The notes beneath the pieces were generated by a model. That model searched no databases. It was given only the letters and a program-made list of their open reading frames with translations, and was not told the DNA's origin. The position numbers and the translations under genes were made by a program. Of a stretch of DNA of 64,000 nucleotides, positions 63,012 to 64,000 are shown piece by piece (position 1 is the stretch's first letter; the number at the start of each line of letters is the position of its first letter). The DNA comes from Octopus bimaculoides (taxonomy: Eukaryota), in contig NC_068984.1 in the NCBI RefSeq assembly GCF_001194135.2, forward strand, positions 123,114,700-123,178,699, written 5' to 3'.

Positions 63012-64000
63012 TGAGTAAAAATGTGTAGAGAATCTGTAGCGACTGGGGAAACTGTATGTTGTTTATGTCTGGTGTGTTGTTATATAGTAGTGTAGACAGA
63101 AGACCTGCAGTGATGGGAGAGACTGTGTTGTATGGCAATGAAGGTAGAGGTTCTGTAGTAACTGGAGAGACTGTAGAGTGTATATGTCAGTATTGTTGAT
63201 GTGTTGCTCTCGATCAGCCTTGATTAATCAGATTGCATGCAGGTAGTTGGCTTGGCTGAATGATGAGACATGACCCATATCTTCAAAGTTATATGAATTT
63301 TCCCTGTTATATGGATCTTTCCAGGTTATACCATGTCTCCACCTAACTGAGAATCATACTACACACTCCAACATTTAGTATGGGGTGCACATGCACCACA
63401 ACAGTCTCTCTGCTCTCCTGTCTATTCCCATCCACTTGTAGATTCTGATGGTAACCATAGTGGAAGCGGGCACGGTGGGCATGGTCAGAATGCAACAGTT
63501 AGTGTTATTCTGCACTTATTGGTGGTGTGCACCCCAGTTGAGTTATTGATGTTGCAATTATTTCTGTGTGGGTGTGTTCCTTATGCTTGTCTGGGCTTAG
63601 TGGGAGAAATAGTTTCTTGGATGTTGTTGTATTAGTGCTCTGGTGGTCTGGAGTGTTGCGTATTTGTATACATATATACATACCCACACACCTGTGTATA
63701 CATATATATACATACACACATATATATATATATATCATCATCATCATCATCATCATCGTTTAACGTCCGCTTTCCATGCTAGCATGGGTTGGACGACTTG
63801 ATTGAGGACTGGTGAAACCGGATGGCAACACCAGGCTCCAATCTAAATTTGGCAGAATTTCTACAGCTGGATGCCCTTCCTAACGCCAACCACTCAGAGA
63901 GTGTAGTAGGTGCTTTTACGTGTCACCTGCACGAAGGCCAGTCAGGCGATACTGGCAACGGCCACGCTCGAAATGGTGTCTTTTATGTGCCACCCGCACA

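Overview
Eukaryotic, AT-rich, repeat-dense genomic DNA with intron-rich genes, many microsatellites and 7 N-gaps. The repeat content suggests a mollusc, most likely an octopus (inference only). There are no prokaryotic features and no CRISPR array. Two divergently transcribed protein-coding genes can be reconstructed exon by exon. (1) RPS27A (ubiquitin-40S ribosomal protein S27a fusion, 157 aa) is complete on the minus strand: a non-coding TOP-type exon 1 at ~12457-12496 and coding exons 9591-9638, 8778-8832, 8478-8695 and 5143-5295. (2) The first 7 coding exons of a TTC7/TTC7B orthologue (PI4KA complex scaffold) lie on the plus strand from ATG 19052, and the gene runs off the window. RPS27A introns host box C/D snoRNAs: two intact copies plus one decayed copy of a guide against the 28S rRNA UGAAACACGGA segment, and one apparently orphan guide in intron 1. 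The rest is transposon debris: RTE LINEs (one family with a PHD-like finger inside ORF2), CR1/L2-like and R4/Dong-like LINEs, tRNA-derived SINEs, mariner, piggyBac and hAT remnants or MITEs, and a Helitron. The most notable unexplained structures are the snoRNA set, a 203-bp-arm hairpin in TTC7 intron 1, and a tRNA-headed element carrying a hammerhead-like core with an inverted Penelope-like tail.
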